A DNA stretch of 64,000 nt, from the NCBI GenBank assembly GCA_035221665.1, contig CM069145.1:61132001-61196000 (forward strand). The letters are read 5' to 3'. The notes under the pieces are model-generated. The model searched no databases. It saw nothing but the letters and a program-made list of their open reading frames with translations, and was not told the origin of the DNA. This document shows, piece after piece, positions 1 through 13,524 of this stretch. Origin of the DNA: Okamejei kenojei (Eukaryota). Positions within the stretch are counted from its first letter, which is position 1; each line of letters begins with the position of its first letter. The translations under genes and the position numbers were made by a program.

Positions 1-1480
1 TAATCTCGTCAGCCAATGTACGTATTTCATTTTGAGTTTGTTTTTTAATCCCGCAGAGTATGAAATAATTTGTCCACAAATATAAAGCATCCCAGACTAC
101 ACCATTGGATATTTCTTTAGTAGAATTTGTCAATAAGTAAAAAAGCAATCTGATTTTTAATAAAATTAACAAAATTTAGATCTGGAAGCAAAGTAGCATT
201 AAATCGCCATTGTTTAGCACTAAACGTGGAAGCAGGTAGTTTGACTGATAGTTTCAATAGTGCGTGATCAGAAATAGCAATTGCATCATATTCTCATGCA
301 GTGACCGATGGAACTAGCCGAGAATCTATTATAAAATAATCAATCCTAGAGTAACTATGATATACATGAGAGAAACAAGAACATTCTTTGTCATTTGGGT
401 GTAAGATTCTCCAGACGTCTAACATTCCAGAGTCAAGTAAAAAAGAATTGATAAAACTAGCTTATTTATTTGGAAACACATGATGAGATGCAGATTTGTC
501 CATCGAGGGGTTCAAACAACAGTTAAAATCCTCACCCATTATTAAAAAGTGTGAATTTGAATGAAACTGCTGTCCTCTCCAAAACTTGAAAAATCATTGA
601 TTGCCATCTTGCCTTACGTGAGTTTCCCGAACAAAGATAATCTGAGCATTTAGTCTACGAAGAACTTTAAACATTTTTTTCCTCTTAATGGGATGATTCA
701 AACCATTCACATTCCATGAAAGGAAGTTAATAACTTTATCCACATTGTTTGTAAAAATCATGTGGAAGGTAAAGGGTTAATTTCTTAAAGCATTTCTTAG
801 TTCATGATACTGGAAGAAGAAAAATCTAGGGCGGAGCCAGAAGTGGCGACATTTCAGACATTTTTGTAGTTCAGATTCTGCCCAGATTAAAAAAGCTAAG
901 CTAAAAGCAAAATACCCCTCCCCCCCCCCCCCCCATGCAAAGCCCGAAACCTACCAGTAGACAGTCAGTATGCTACCTAATCTCTCCCCTACCCCCATCT
1001 CTCCTAACAACAGCACCCAACATAAAAAGAAAGCATATTTGCCACTCAATAGCCAAAACAAAATTAATGTTATGGTTAAAAAAGTACATTTTAGCAGTGA
1101 AACACAAGAACTACTTCATATTATTTATCCAAGGTCAAAATATGAAAAACAAGAACTGCGTTCACTTAATTTGTCTAAATATAGGGGGGGAAAATTGTCC
1201 TTCAATTTTAAAAATAGAAAAACGAACATAGAAAATCTTAAAAATTAATATATATATATAGTACCATTACATTAAATTAACAGTATTTTAGAGAAGGTAA
1301 AAGTTGTTGATACTATCATACAAAATTCTAAAAAGTAAATTAAAAAAAGAAAAACAACTCATCCAGTTAAATTCTTAATCATTACAAAATGATATATTGT
1401 CAAAATAAGAACAGTAAATCTCAATTATAACTTAATCAGCTATCAATGCTCCCGGTCACAACTTCACCCTCATAAGCCTC
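1..1480 (-). mobile_element. L1-clade LINE fragment: ORF2 APE endonuclease N-terminus plus upstream inter-ORF spacer (degraded)
   Basis: Minus strand near 740-610 reads INFLSWNVNGLNHPIKRKKMFKVLRRLNAQIIFVRETHVR (SWNVNG and xETH endonuclease motifs). Stops and frameshifts are present. Right boundary is approximate. Confidence 0.85.
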
Positions 1481-1559
1481 CAGAAAGATGAATATTTTTT
1501 ATTATAGAAACATATGTATGAAAATTGCAATATTTTACATAAACAAAAATACATCATTA

Positions 1560-3030
1560 AATACTTTTATTACTAATATTGAGATTTAGGACTATATGCT
1601 TCTATACATTTTTTTAATTATTTTTTATAAAGTAAGAAAAGATAGAGATAAATAATGAAAAAAATATGAAAACGAATGGAGTATTAATCGTTATTCCATC
1701 ATTGGAGATATAGGCATAATTTATTATATTTCTTTCTTCATCCATTCTAATATTCAGGCCTCAGTCAAGCCCTCGTACCGAGCCATTATGACTCTGTAAA
1801 TATTCAATGTATGGAGACCATATCCCTCTGAAGAGATCTAAGCTGTCCATTAGGACAAGCCTCAATCTCTCCAGATGAAGAGTCTCCGACATTTCTGTAT
1901 TCCACATTTTGATTGTAGGGGATGTAGGGCCTTTACAAAATTTTAATATTAATTTTTTCCCAATTATTAACCCATAATCAATAAAAATTCTGTGGTTTGT
2001 TGTTACTATTTGTTCTGTTTCCAATATTCCTAGTATTATTAGCTTTGAATCGGGTGTCAAAGATATATTAACAACATTCGCAATTATCCTAAATATTTAA
2101 ATCCAGAATTTTGTAATTTTTATACAATTTGTAAATGAGTGTGTCAGATTGGCTTCTAAATGTTGACATTTATCACATATAGGAGATACCTTTGGGAACG
2201 TATTATGTAATTTGGTTTTTGAATAATATAATCTACGTAATATTTTAAACTGTATAAGAGAGTGTTTAGCATTTAGCGAACAATGATGTATATGTTGTAA
2301 ACTATCATCCCATATTTCTGGTCTAATAGTTTGACATAATTCATTTTCCCAAGATTGTCTATGTATTTCTGTTGATGGAACATCACCTTCCAATAAGATG
2401 TTATATATATATGAAATCATTTTTTCTGTATTCGGATGTTTATTCAAACATTCATCTAATATTTCTATCTTTCTATTTCTGAGTTCTTGCGTATTTGCTT
2501 TAACATAATCTCTAATTTGTAAGTATCTAAAGTACTCTTTAGATTGTAGTCCATAAATTTGTTGTATGTCTTGAAATGAAAGGAAGGAGTTTTCCCTATA
2601 GAGATCCCCAATCTTAATAATTCCATTATTTTTCCATTGTGAAAAAGCTTTATCCATCATTGAATGTTTAAATGTAACATTATTTACAATGCTAAGAGAT
2701 AGTGGTATAGATTTTAATTTTAATGTTTTCTTTATTTGTTTCCAAATACGTATTCCACTTCCTATTATTGGGTTATCACTATATATTTTCTTAGCTAAAT
2801 TAGTATTAGCGAATATTATAGAACTAATTTCAAAAGGAGAACAATCTTCTTTTTCCATATTTAACCAAGTTGGTTGATTATCTATTTCTTCTAACCAATA
2901 ATTCATATTTTTAATGTTAACTGCCCAGTAATAAAACATAAAATTTGGTAGAGCTAGACCTCCATTTATTTTTGGTTTACATAAATGTTTTTTATTTATT
3001 CTATGGCACTTATAATCCCAAATGAAGTTA
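1560..3030 (-). mobile_element. L1-clade LINE ORF2 C-terminal region and 3' end
   Basis: ORF 2097..2939 (FYYWAVN, YFRYLQIRDY, LIQFKILRRLYYSK, zinc knuckle CDKC...LTHSFTNC) and ORF 1761..2060 are typical of the fish L1 ORF2 C-terminus. Confidence 0.9.
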
Positions 3031-3039
3031 TATTTATTT

Positions 3040-3580
3040 TATAACTTTGCCCAATTCTTTTAGAATATTTCTGCTTCATTTGCATTAAATGTCTCGGTTT
3101 ATCTTGGGGACTTTCCTTAATCTGGAAGATTTCATAGTGCTCGATGTTGAAAGTCTTCATTTTAGAACATTATCTCCTTCTTGACCTTCCAGCAAACCAA
3201 CAACTCGCAAATTCAGTCGATGGCTTCTGTTTTCCAGATCCATATTTTTAATCTTGTATTGCTGGAGTGCCCGAGTATTTTCATTCATCCTCCGTTCCAG
3301 TTTTTCAATCTTCAAATCTCTCTCCTGGCCCAAGGTTTGCAAGTTATCAATTTGTTCCTTCTGTTCACGAGATTCATCTTGTAACATAATCAGCTTGTCT
3401 TGAACTTCCTTCAATTTGCTCGAAATTCCTTTAACCATTTCTTCCAAACTGCAAAATCTTGTTTTCATTTCATTTTTCAGTTCATTGTTCATTTTCGATA
3501 TTGCTTCTAAGATACTAGAGTCGGAAGCTGTGCCTTTCCCACGCTCCTTCCTTGGTTAAGCTCCTTTCCCTCTTGTCTCT
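3040..3580 (-). mobile_element. L1 ORF1 fragment (coiled coil plus start of Transposase_22/RRM region)
   Basis: ORF 3157..3492: coiled coil followed by DLENRSHRLNLRVVGLLEGQEG, the L1 ORF1 signature. Confidence 0.85.
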
Positions 3581-3734
3581 ATCCTTTACACAATTAAAGT
3601 GTGTAAAAGTGTTATCAACACTTTAAGAAAACTTAGACCGTGCCTTGAAGTCAAGTAATAACAAGTAACATTGAAAGAGTGGTCAGTAAAAGTTAACGAA
3701 TTTGCAACCTTTACAGCATGCTGCCACGAGGAGA

Positions 3735-4115
3735 GTCTCAATGGGGTTAGGTTAAGCAGGGGGGTGGGGGAGGTACAGCGAGACTTGGGTGTCCTTGTAC
3801 ACCAGTCACTGAAAGTTGGCGTGCAGGTACAGCAGGCAGTGAAGAAAGCTAATGGAATGTTGGCCTTCATAACAAGAGGATTTCAGTATAGGAGTAGAGA
3901 GGTTCTTCTACAGTTGTATAGGACTCTGGTGAGACCACATCTGGAGTATTGTGTCCAGTTTTGGTCTCCTAATTTGAGGAAGGACATCCTTGTGATTGAG
4001 GCAGTGCAGCGTAGGTTCACGAGATTGATCCCTGGGATGGCGCGACTGTGATGAGGAAAGATTGAAAAGACTGGGCTTGTATTCACTGGAGTTTAGAAGG
4101 GTGAGGGGCTATCTT
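3735..4115 (+). mobile_element. CR1 LINE ORF2 C-terminal fragment
   Basis: QRDLGVLVHQSLKV...LVRPHLEYCVQFWSP...VQRRFTRLIPG. Confidence 0.9.
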
Positions 4116-4306
4116 ATTTTTTTTTAATTTAATTTAATTTTATTTTTTAATTTGAAGTAATATACATTACAGTAGTATAAGCCAACAATAACATAATACA
4201 TTTCATGTACCACTTTTTGTTTTAAACTTTAAGAAGAAGAAAAATAGAGAAAGTTAGATAAAAGAGTAAGCGCGTGAAAAAGTGATAAGGAAAAACCCGT
4301 AGGAAC

Positions 4307-5064
4307 CAGGCACGTGCCGTCAGGGTAGGCAAGGTAGGCAGTGCCTACCCTGACTAAAATTATAAAATAGTAATTATTTTATATATAAATATAATATATA
4401 TAAAATATATATAAAATGGTCATAAATAGTAAAGGCACGTGAGAATGATGCCTCCCTAAGAGATCGATCTGTCGGGGAGGCATAATTCTCCGGTGCCTTT
4501 CACCAGCAGTACGTTTTAAACGCGGAGTATGAGGTACTCGCGTGCCGTCGCCGCTGCTTCCGGCCCTCAGTGGGAAGGGTCCGTAAAGGCAGCTGCAACT
4601 CTGCCTCTACACTGTCAACCAACTGCTCATGCGCGCCAGCCCACTGCGCATGCGTGTGCGCAAGTTTCTGAGCGGGATTTTCAAGGGTGGATAGTGATTA
4701 CCTGAAGCGTTTCACCAAGCAACCTTCCGGATACTTTTGCTGCAGAATGGATTTTGTGCACAAATACTATGGTAAGTACATTTTGTTGAGCTGTGTGTTT
4801 TAAATACTTTATTAAGAGATAGGACCTATTGAAAACAAATTACATGATAAAAGTCGAGGGAACAATCTGCGCATGCGCGGTTTCAAGATTTAAAAATAGC
4901 CGAATGACAGTTCACCGGGAGGGAAGAATGTGCGCACGCACGGTTTACAAGATTAAAAAACCGACTGGCAGCTCACCGGGGAGCGAAGAATCTGCGCATG
5001 CACGGTTTTCAAGATTTTTAAAAGCCACTGCCTACCCTGGCTGATTACTCACGGCACGTGCCTG
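4307..5064. mobile_element. Non-autonomous hAT-type DNA transposon (MITE), 758 bp, inserted in an L1 3' end
   Basis: Perfect 14-bp TIRs CAGGCACGTGCCGT / ACGGCACGTGCCTG. Degenerate 8-bp TSD gtaggaac (4299-4306) / atagaaac (5065-5072). L1-like sequence lies on both sides. Confidence 0.85.
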
Positions 5065-5434
5065 ATAGAAACATAGAACACGAGAAAGAATATATATATT
5101 TTTTTAATTTACAAAAAGGAAAGAGAAGAATAGAAAAAATAAAATATAAGAAAATAAGATAAGATAAAAGGGATGTACCTGCTTCGTATCTTTACAAACC
5201 CCTCACCAGGTCCTGAAACTGTTTATTTTCAAAGTTATGCTGCACCCTATGCTTGTAATAAGTCGATAAATGGAGATCAAATCTTTTGGAATTGGTCTGA
5301 TTTGCCTGCTAGGAGGAATCTCACATTTTCAAGGTGTAACATTTCGGACATATTTGAAATCCACGTTTTTACCGTTGGTGTGTGAGCGTTTTTCCAGAAT
5401 TTAAGTATGAGTTTTTTTGCCATTATTAAGCCGA

Positions 5435-7584
5435 GGGGGGTTAGAAACATATAAAATTATAAAAGGACTGGACAAGCTAGACGGAGGAAAAATGTTCCCA
5501 ATGTTGGGCGAGTTCAGAACCAGGGGCCACAGTCTTAGAATAAAGGGGAGGCCATTTAAGACTGAGAGAGAAAAAACTTTTTCACCCAAAAAGTTGTGAA
5601 TTTGTGGAATTCCCTGCCACAGAGGGCAGCGGAAGCCAAATCACTGGATGGATTTAAGAGAGCGTTAGATAGAGCTCTGGGGGCTAGTGGAGTCAAGGGA
5701 TATGGGGAGAAGGCAGGCACGGGTTATTGATTGGGGACGACCAGCCATGATCACAATGAATGGTGGTGCTGGCTCGAAGGGCTGAAAGGCCTCCTCCTGT
5801 ACCTATTTTCTAATCAGTACCCCGTTCCTGCCTTCTCCCCATATCGCCTGACTCCACTATCTTTAAGAGCTCTATCTAACTCTCTTGAAAGCATCCAGAG
5901 AACCGGCCTCCATTGCCCCCTGAGGCAGAGAATTCCACAGATTCACAACTCTCTGGGTGAAAACGTTTTTTCCTCATCTCCTTTCTAAATGGCCGACCCC
6001 TTATTCTTAAACTGTGGCCCCTGGTTCTGGACTCCCCCAACATCGGAAACATTTCCTGCCTCTAGCGTGTCCAAACCCTTAATAATCTTATATGTTTCAA
6101 TTAGATCCCCTCTCATTCTAAACTCCAGAGTGTACAAGCTCTGTACAACTGCAGAAGGACCTCTTTGCTCCACTATTCGACTCCTCTTGTTATAAAGGCC
6201 AACATGCTATTCGCTTTCTTGCTGTACCTGCATGCTTACTTTCATTGACTAATGTACAAGGTCCCCCAGATCCCGTTGTACTTCCCCTTTTCCCAACTTA
6301 ATGCCATTTAGATAGTAATCTGCCTTCCTGTTCTTGCCACCAGAAGTGGATAACCTCACATTTATCTGCATTAAGCTTCATCTGCCATGCATCTGCCCAC
6401 TCCCCCAACCTGTCCAAGTCACCCTGCATTCTCATAGCATCCTCCTCACAGTTCACACTGCCACCCAGCTGTGTGTCATCTGCAAATTTGCTAATGTTAC
6501 TTTGAATCCCTCATCCAAATCATTGATGTATATTGTAAATAGCTGCGGTCCCAGCACCGAGCCTTGCGGTACCCCACTAGTCACTGCCTACTGCCTGCCA
6601 TTCTGAAAGGGACCCGTTAATCCCTACTCTTTGTTTCCTGTCTGCCAACCACTTCTCTATCCATGTCAGCACTCTACCCCCAATACCCTATGCCCTAATT
6701 TTGCCCACTAATCTCCAATGTGGGACCTTATCAAATGCTTTCTGAAAGTCCAGGTACACTGCATCCACTGACTCTCCCATGTCCATTTTCCTAGTTACAT
6801 CTTCAAAAAATTCCAGAAGATTAGTCAAGCATGATTTCCTCTTCGTAAATCCATGCTGACTCGGACCGATTCTGTTACTGCTATCCTAATGTGCAGCTAT
6901 TTCATCTTTTATAATTGACTCCAGCATCTTCCCCACCATCGGGAACATGTTTTCTGCCTCTAGCGTGTCGAAACCCTTAATAATCTTATATGTTTCAATA
7001 AGATCCCCTTCTCATTCTAAACTCCAGAGTATACAAGCCCAGCCACTCCATTCTCTCAGCATACGACATTCCCACCATCCCGGGAATTAACCTGGTTAAC
7101 CTACACAGCACTCCCTCAATAGCAAGAATGTCCTTCAAATTTGGAGACCAAAACTGCACACAATACTCCAGGTGTGGTCTCACTAGGGGCCTGTACAACT
7201 GCAGACGGACCTCCTTGCTCCTAAACTCAAATCCTCTTGTTATGAAGGCCAACATGCCATTCGCTTTCTTCACTGCCTGCTGTACCTGCATGCTTACTTT
7301 CATTGACTGATGTACAAGGGCACCCAGATCCCGTTGTACTTCCCATTTTCCCAACTTGATGCCATTTAGATAGTAATCTGCCTTTCTGTTTTTGCCACCA
7401 AAGTGGATAACCTCACATTTATCCGCATTAAACTGCATCTGCCATGCATCTGCCCACTCCCCCAACCTGTCCAAGTCACCCTGCATTCTCATAGCATCCT
7501 CCTCACAGTTCACACTGCCACCCAGCTTTGTGTCAACTTTGAGTATGTGTGCATATAAATATATATGTGCGTGTACGTGAGCAC

Positions 7585-7645
<61 letters not shown>

Positions 7646-8060
7646 GAATTTAGAAGGATGAGACGGGATCTTATTGAAACATATAAGATTATTAAGGGTT
7701 TGGACACGCTAGAGGCAGGAAACATGTTCCCGATGTTGGGGGAGTCCAGAACCAGGGGCCACACACACAGTTTAAGAATAAGGGGTCGGCCATTTAGAAC
7801 GGAGATGAGGAAACACTTTTTCACTCAGAGAGTGGTGAGTCTGTGGAATTCTCTGCCTCAGAGGGCGGTGGAGGCAGGTTCTCTGGATACTTTCAAGAGA
7901 GAGCTAGATAGGGCTCTTAAAGATAGCGGAGTCAGGGGATATGGGGAGAAGGCAGGAACGGGGAACTGATTGTGGATGATCAGCCATTGATCACAGTGAA
8001 TGGTGGTGCTGGCTGGAAGGGCCGAATGGCCTCCTCCTGCACCTGTTGTCTGTTGTCTAT
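5435..8060. mobile_element. Cluster of CR1 fragments in both orientations (+5435-5810, -5810-6940, -6940-7545, +7645-8060) with a (TA)n microsatellite at ~7594-7632
   Basis: ORFs with ETYKIIKGLD, RTRGHSLRI, FFTQRVV, WQMQFNADKCEVIHFG and LEYCVQFWSP; CR1 3' UTR 'gatcagccatgatcac...gaagggccgaatggcc'. Confidence 0.9.
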
Positions 8061-8279
8061 TGGACTTTTTTTCTCTCTCCTCTATCATATTGTTTGCCGT
8101 GTATAATGTTTACATATTGTGTTGTGCTGCAGCAAGCAAGAATGTCATTGTCCTATCTGGGACACACGACAATAAAACTCTTGACTATAAACTGAATGAA
8201 AAGTCCAGGGGGAATTAGAAGCACCAAACGCACACACACACACTTACACGCAATTACTGGGCAGTTGCTGCTGGTGAAG

Positions 8280-8551
8280 CAGACTGGTGGCACTTTATTG
8301 TCACAGGTAGAGTGGTACAGAGCGCACACCAGTGTACACCAGAGTGTGGCCACAGGTCAGCGTGTGGGTCAGTGTCCGTGGGTCCATCCCCGGCTCCGGC
8401 GCTCCGCTGCCCAGGTCCTTCAGTCGGCCAGATGATGCCAGGACCTCGTGGCCAGAGTTCCCGGCGATCCCAGTCGTCCCGATGTTCCCAGCATTCCTGG
8501 TGATCCTGGCAGTCCTGACGGTGACAGTGGGCCGGACAGTCGGGCAGTTCG
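8280..8551 (-). other. Candidate terminal exon of an unidentified minus-strand gene
   Basis: Non-repetitive GC-rich island. Polypyrimidine tract plus cag acceptor (AG = 8553-8552). Phase-0 frame RTARLSGPLSPSGLPGSPGMLGTSGRLGSPGTLATRSWHHLAD* (stop 8420-8422). AATAAA at 8299-8294. Confidence 0.35.
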
Positions 8552-8849
8552 CTGACCGGTGGCGAGAGGGAGATAGAGAGAGGGGGGCAGACCCACAATC
8601 CCACCCGGGGCAGGGAACCACAGTCCGACCCATTCCTGCCAGCACCTCATCCCCCATCTGCTACCCCCCCACCCCCTTCAGCTACGCCCCCCCACCCCCA
8701 TCTGCTACCCCCCCCCCCACTCCTAATATTGTAGCCCACAACCCCCACCCCTCCATACACACATACAAGGGGGGGGGAGAGAGCAGAGGGCTGTGGACTT
8801 TACACTTGGGGTGTGGAGGGGAGGTCTCATGAGGGAGAAAGAGTGTTTA

Positions 8850-11800
8850 TTGGGGGGGGAGGTTGGGAAGAGATGATTTGGGAGGGTGGGGGAGGGGGGC
8901 AGTGGGTGAGGGGGAGTGGGTTAGGGGCGGGGTGTTGGTGAGGGGGAGGGGATGGGGGTGCAGTAAGGGGGAATGGGGGTTTGGGGTGGGGTTGGAGGGT
9001 GGAGGGGGTGGGTTTGGTGAGGGGGGCTGGGTTGGTGAGGGGTTGGGTTGTGGTGAGGGTGTGTGTATTTATGATGCAAGGGCTGAGTTTGGTGAGGGAG
9101 CTGGGTTTGATAATGGGGGGCTGGGTTTGGTGAGGGGGGGGTGGCGTTGGTGGATGAAGGGTGGTGTGTTTGGTGTGTGGGTGGTTTGTGGGGGGAGGGG
9201 ATTTGGTTGGATGGTTTTGGTTGGGTGGGCTGGATTGTGATGGATTGGCTGGGTTTGTTGTGGTGGTTTGAGGGGTTGGATTGGATTAGGATTTTGGATT
9301 TGGTGGATTGGTGGATGTGGTGGATTGGGTGATGGGGGTGGGTGGGTGGTTTGGATGGTGAGGGGGGACTGGGTTAGTGGATAGATTGGTTTGTGGGGGG
9401 ATTGGTGGTGGATTGGCTGGGTATTGGATTTGGATTGGGTGGTTGTGTTGGTGGTGGAGGTGAGGGGGCTGGGTTTTTGGTGAGGGGGGGCTGGGTTTGG
9501 TGAGGGGGGGCTGGGTTTGATAATGGGGGTCCTGGGTTTGGTGAGGGGGGGCTGGGTTTGGTGAGGGGGGCTGAGGGGGGCTGGGTTTGGTGAGGGGGGG
9601 CTGGGTTTAAGTGAGGGGGGGCTGGGTTTCTGAGGGGGCTGGGTTTGAGGGGGCTGGGTTTTGGTGTGGGCTGTTGGTTGGGTGGTTGGTTTGGTGAAGG
9701 GGCTGGGATTGGTTGAGGGGGGCTGGGTTTGGGGTGAGGGGGGCTGGTTTGGTGAGGGGGGCTGGGTTTAGTGAGGGGGGCTGGGGGGGGGGCTGGGTTT
9801 AGTGAGGGGGGGCTGGTTTGGTGAAGGGGGGTGGGTTTGGTGAGGGGGGTGGTTTGGTGAGGGGGCTGGGTTTGGTGAGGGGGGGGTTTAGGTGAGGGGG
9901 GGCTGGGTTTAGTGAGGGGGGGCTGGTTTTAGTGAGGGGGGCAGGGTGGGTTTGGAGGGGGGGTGGGTTTGGTGAGGGGGGTGGGTTTGGTGAGGGGTGG
10001 TGGGTTTGGTGATGGGGGGGTGGGTTTTGGTGAGGGGGCTGGGTTTTGGTGAGGGGGTGGGTTTTGGTGAGGGGGGCTGGGTTTGGGGGTGGTGTTAGGA
10101 GAGGGGGTGGGTGGGTTTGTGTGAGGGGTGGGTTTGGTGGGGTGGCTGGGTTTGATGAGGGGGGTGGGTGAGGGGTGGGTTTGTGCGGGGGGTGGGTTTT
10201 GGTGAGGGGGGGTGGGGTAATGGTGTGGATGAGGGGGGATGGGTTTGGAGGGGGGATGGGATTGGTGCGGGGCATGGGTTTGTGAGGGGCTGTGAGGGGG
10301 GCTGGTTTGAGGTGATAAAGGTGTGTGGGTTTGGTGAGGGGGTGGGTATGGTAGAGGGGGGCCAGGGTTTTTGGTGAGGGGGGGTGGTTTACTGTGGGTG
10401 TTATTTGGTGAGGGGGTGGGTTGGTGAGGGGTGTGAAGGGGAGGGGGGCTGGGTTTGGAGGGGGGGGTTAGGGGTGGTTTGGGTTTGGTGATCGGTGGGT
10501 TTAGGTTAGTGGGGTGGGTTTGGTGATGGGGTGGTTTGGAGAGGGGGGCAGGGTTTGGTGTGAAGGGGTGGTGCTGGGGTGGGTTGGTGATGGGGGCGGG
10601 TGAAGTAGCATTGGTGATGGTGAAAGTGAGGTTTTGGTGAGGGGGTGGGTTAGGGTGGTGATAAGGTGGTTTGGTGATGGGTAGGGTTTGGTGAGGGGGG
10701 TGGGTGATTGGGGGGTGGGTGGTGAGGGGTAAGATGGGGGGCTGGGTGGTGAGGGGGGGTTTGGTGAGGGTGGGTTTGAGGGTGGGTTTGGTGAGGGATG
10801 AGGGGGTTGGTGAGGGGGGTGGGTTGGTGAGGGGGTGGGTTTGGTGAGGGGGGGGTGGGTTTGGTGAGGGGGGGTGGGGATGGTGAGGGGTGGGTTTGGT
10901 GGTGAGGGGTGGGTATGCGAAGGTCTGGTGAGGGGGGGCTGGTGGTGAGGGGGGGTGAAGGTGGTGCGGGGGCTGGGTTTGGTGAGGGTGTTTGGTGAGG
11001 GAGTGGGTGGGTGAGGGGTGGGTGGGTTTGGTGAGGGGGGGTGGTTGAGTGATGGGGTGGGATAGAGATTGGTGAGGGGGGGTGGTTAGGTGAGGGACGG
11101 TTTGGGTGATGAGGGGGTTGGTAGTGGGGTGGAGGGGGGGAGGGTTTGGTGAGGGGTAGTGTTTTGGTGAGGAGGTTTGGAGGGGGGTTTGCGGAGGGGG
11201 TGGTGAGGGGGGGTTTATGGGGAGGTTTGTTTGTGAGGGGTTTTGGGTTTGGTGAGGGGGTGGGTATGGGGTGGGTTGGGAGGGGGGTGATTTGGTGAGG
11301 GGGCTGGGAGGGGGTTTGGTGGTATATAGGGGGGTGGGTATGGTGCAGAGGTGATGGGGTGGTGTGGGGGCTGGGTTTGGTGAGGGGTGGGTTTGGTGAG
11401 GGGGGGAGGGGGGGTGGGGGGGTGAGGGGGGGGTGGGTCTGGAGGGGGGGGTTTGGTGAGGGGGGGATTGGTGAGGGGGAGGCTGGGTTTCTGGGTTGGA
11501 GGGGGTGGTTTGGGTGAGGGGTGTGGGTTTGGTGAGAAGGGGGGGCGGGATGGAGGGGCTTTGTTTGGGGGTGTGGGGTTTGGTGAGGGGGGTGGGTTTG
11601 GTTGAGGGGGGGGGGGTTTTGGTGAGGGGGGTGGGATTGGTGAGGGGGGGGTTTTTAGGTGAGCGGGGTGGGTTTTGGTGAGGGGGGTGGTGAGGGGGTT
11701 TGAGAGGGGGGTGGGTGGGGGTGAGGGGGTGGGTTTGGTGAGGGGGTGGGTTTGAGTAGGGGGTGGGTTTGGTGATGGTGTGGCTGGGTTTGGTGGGGGG

Positions 11801-13490
11801 GGGGCTGGGTCTGGAGGGGGGTGGGTTTGAAGGGGGGGTTTGGTGAGGGGGGGTGGGTTGGTGAGGGGGGGTAGGTTTGGTGATGGTAGGGGAGGTTTGT
11901 TTGTGGGGGGGGTGAGGGGGGGTTTGGTGGAGGGTGGGGCTGGGTTTGGTGATGGGGTGGGTTGGTGATGGGGGAGGGTTTGTGAGGGGGTGGTTTGGTG
12001 AGGGGGTGGGTTTGGTGAGGGGGTGGTTTTGGGTGAGAGGTGGTGGTAGGGGGGTGGGTTTGGTGAAGGGGGGGGGCAGGGTTTGGTGTGGGGGGGTGGG
12101 TTTGGTGATGGGGAGGGGGGTAGGGGGTTCTGGTGAGGGGGGGGAATGGGACCAGGGTTTGGTGAGGGGGGTTTTTGGTGATGGGGGGTTTGGTGGGTGG
12201 ATTTTTGGTGAGGGGGTGGTTGGAGTGTTTTTACGTGAGGGGGGGGTGGTTTGGTGAGGGGGGGGCTGGGTTTGGTGAGGGGGGGCTGGGTGTGATGTGT
12301 TTGGTGAGGGGGTGGGTTTGGTGAGGGGGGGTGGTTTTTGGGGGTTTTGGTGAGGGATATTTTCGGGGGGTGGGTTTGGTGAGGGGTGGGGGGGGTGGGT
12401 TTGGTGAGGGGGGTGGGTTTGGTGGTGGGTGTTGTTGGTTTGTTAGGGAGGGTGGGTTTGGATGAGGGGGGGTTTTGGGTTTGGTAAGGGGGCTGGGTTT
12501 GGTGATGGGATAGGGGGCTATTTGGTTAAGGTGATGGGGGCTGGGTTTGTGAGGGGGGTGGGTTTGGTGAGGGGGTGGGTTTGGTGGAGGGAGTGGGTTG
12601 TGGCTGGGTTTGGTAAGAAGGGGGCTGGTTTGGTAAGGGGGGTGGGTTTGGTGAGGGGGGGCTGGGTTTGGTGAGGGGGGCTGGGTTTGGTGGGTGGGCT
12701 AGGGGGGCTGGGTTTGTTGGGGGTGGGGTTTGGTGATGGTGAGTTTGGTTAAGGAGGGGGGGGGCTGGGTTTTGGTGAGGGGGCTGGTTTGGAGAAGGGG
12801 GGCTGGGCTTTTTGGTGTTTGGTATGGGTAGTGGTGATGGGGTGGGTTTGGTGAGGGGGGGTTTTGGTGAGGGGGGTGGGTTTGGTGAGGGGGAGAAGTG
12901 GGTTTTGTTGAGGGGTGGGTTTTGGTGAGGGGGTATGGTGGGTTTGGTGATGGGGGGTGGTTTTGGAGAGGGGGTGTTTGGGGGGTTAGGTGGGGGTCTT
13001 GGTGAGGAGGGGGTGGGTTTGGTGAGGGGGGAGGGGATTGGTGAGGTGGGGGGGGGGGTGGGTTTGGTGAGGTGGTGGTTTGGTGAGGGGGGTGGGGTTG
13101 GTGAGGGGGGGTGGGTTGGGTTTGGTGAGGGGGGTGGGTTTGGGTTTGAGGTGGGGTGGGGCTTTAGGTGAGGGGGGTGGGTTTGGTGAGGGGGCTGGGT
13201 CTCAATACTGGTCTCTCTATGGTGAGGGGCTGGGTTTTGGTGAGGGGGCTGGTCTGGATGATGGTCATGGGTTTGGGTGAGGGGGCTGGGTTTGGTGGGT
13301 TTTGGTGAGGGGGCTGGTTTGGTGATGGGCTGGGTTTGGTGAGGGGGGGCTGGGTTTGTGATGGGCTGGGTTTGGTGATGGGCTGGGTTGGTGAGGGGCT
13401 GGGTTTAGTGAGTGGCTGGGTTTGGTGAGGGGGCTGGGGTTTGTGATGGGCTGGATTTGGTGATGGGCTGGTGTTTGGTGAGGGGGGTGG
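8850..13490 (+). repeat. G/T-rich degenerate minisatellite, ~18-20-bp unit GGGTTTGGTGAGGGGGG(CT)
   Basis: The motif is reiterated directly over ~4.6 kb with extreme G-strand skew. Confidence 0.95.
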
Positions 13491-13524
13491 TACACACTGA
13501 CTCTCCCCCTCTGTGTGCCCCCAG

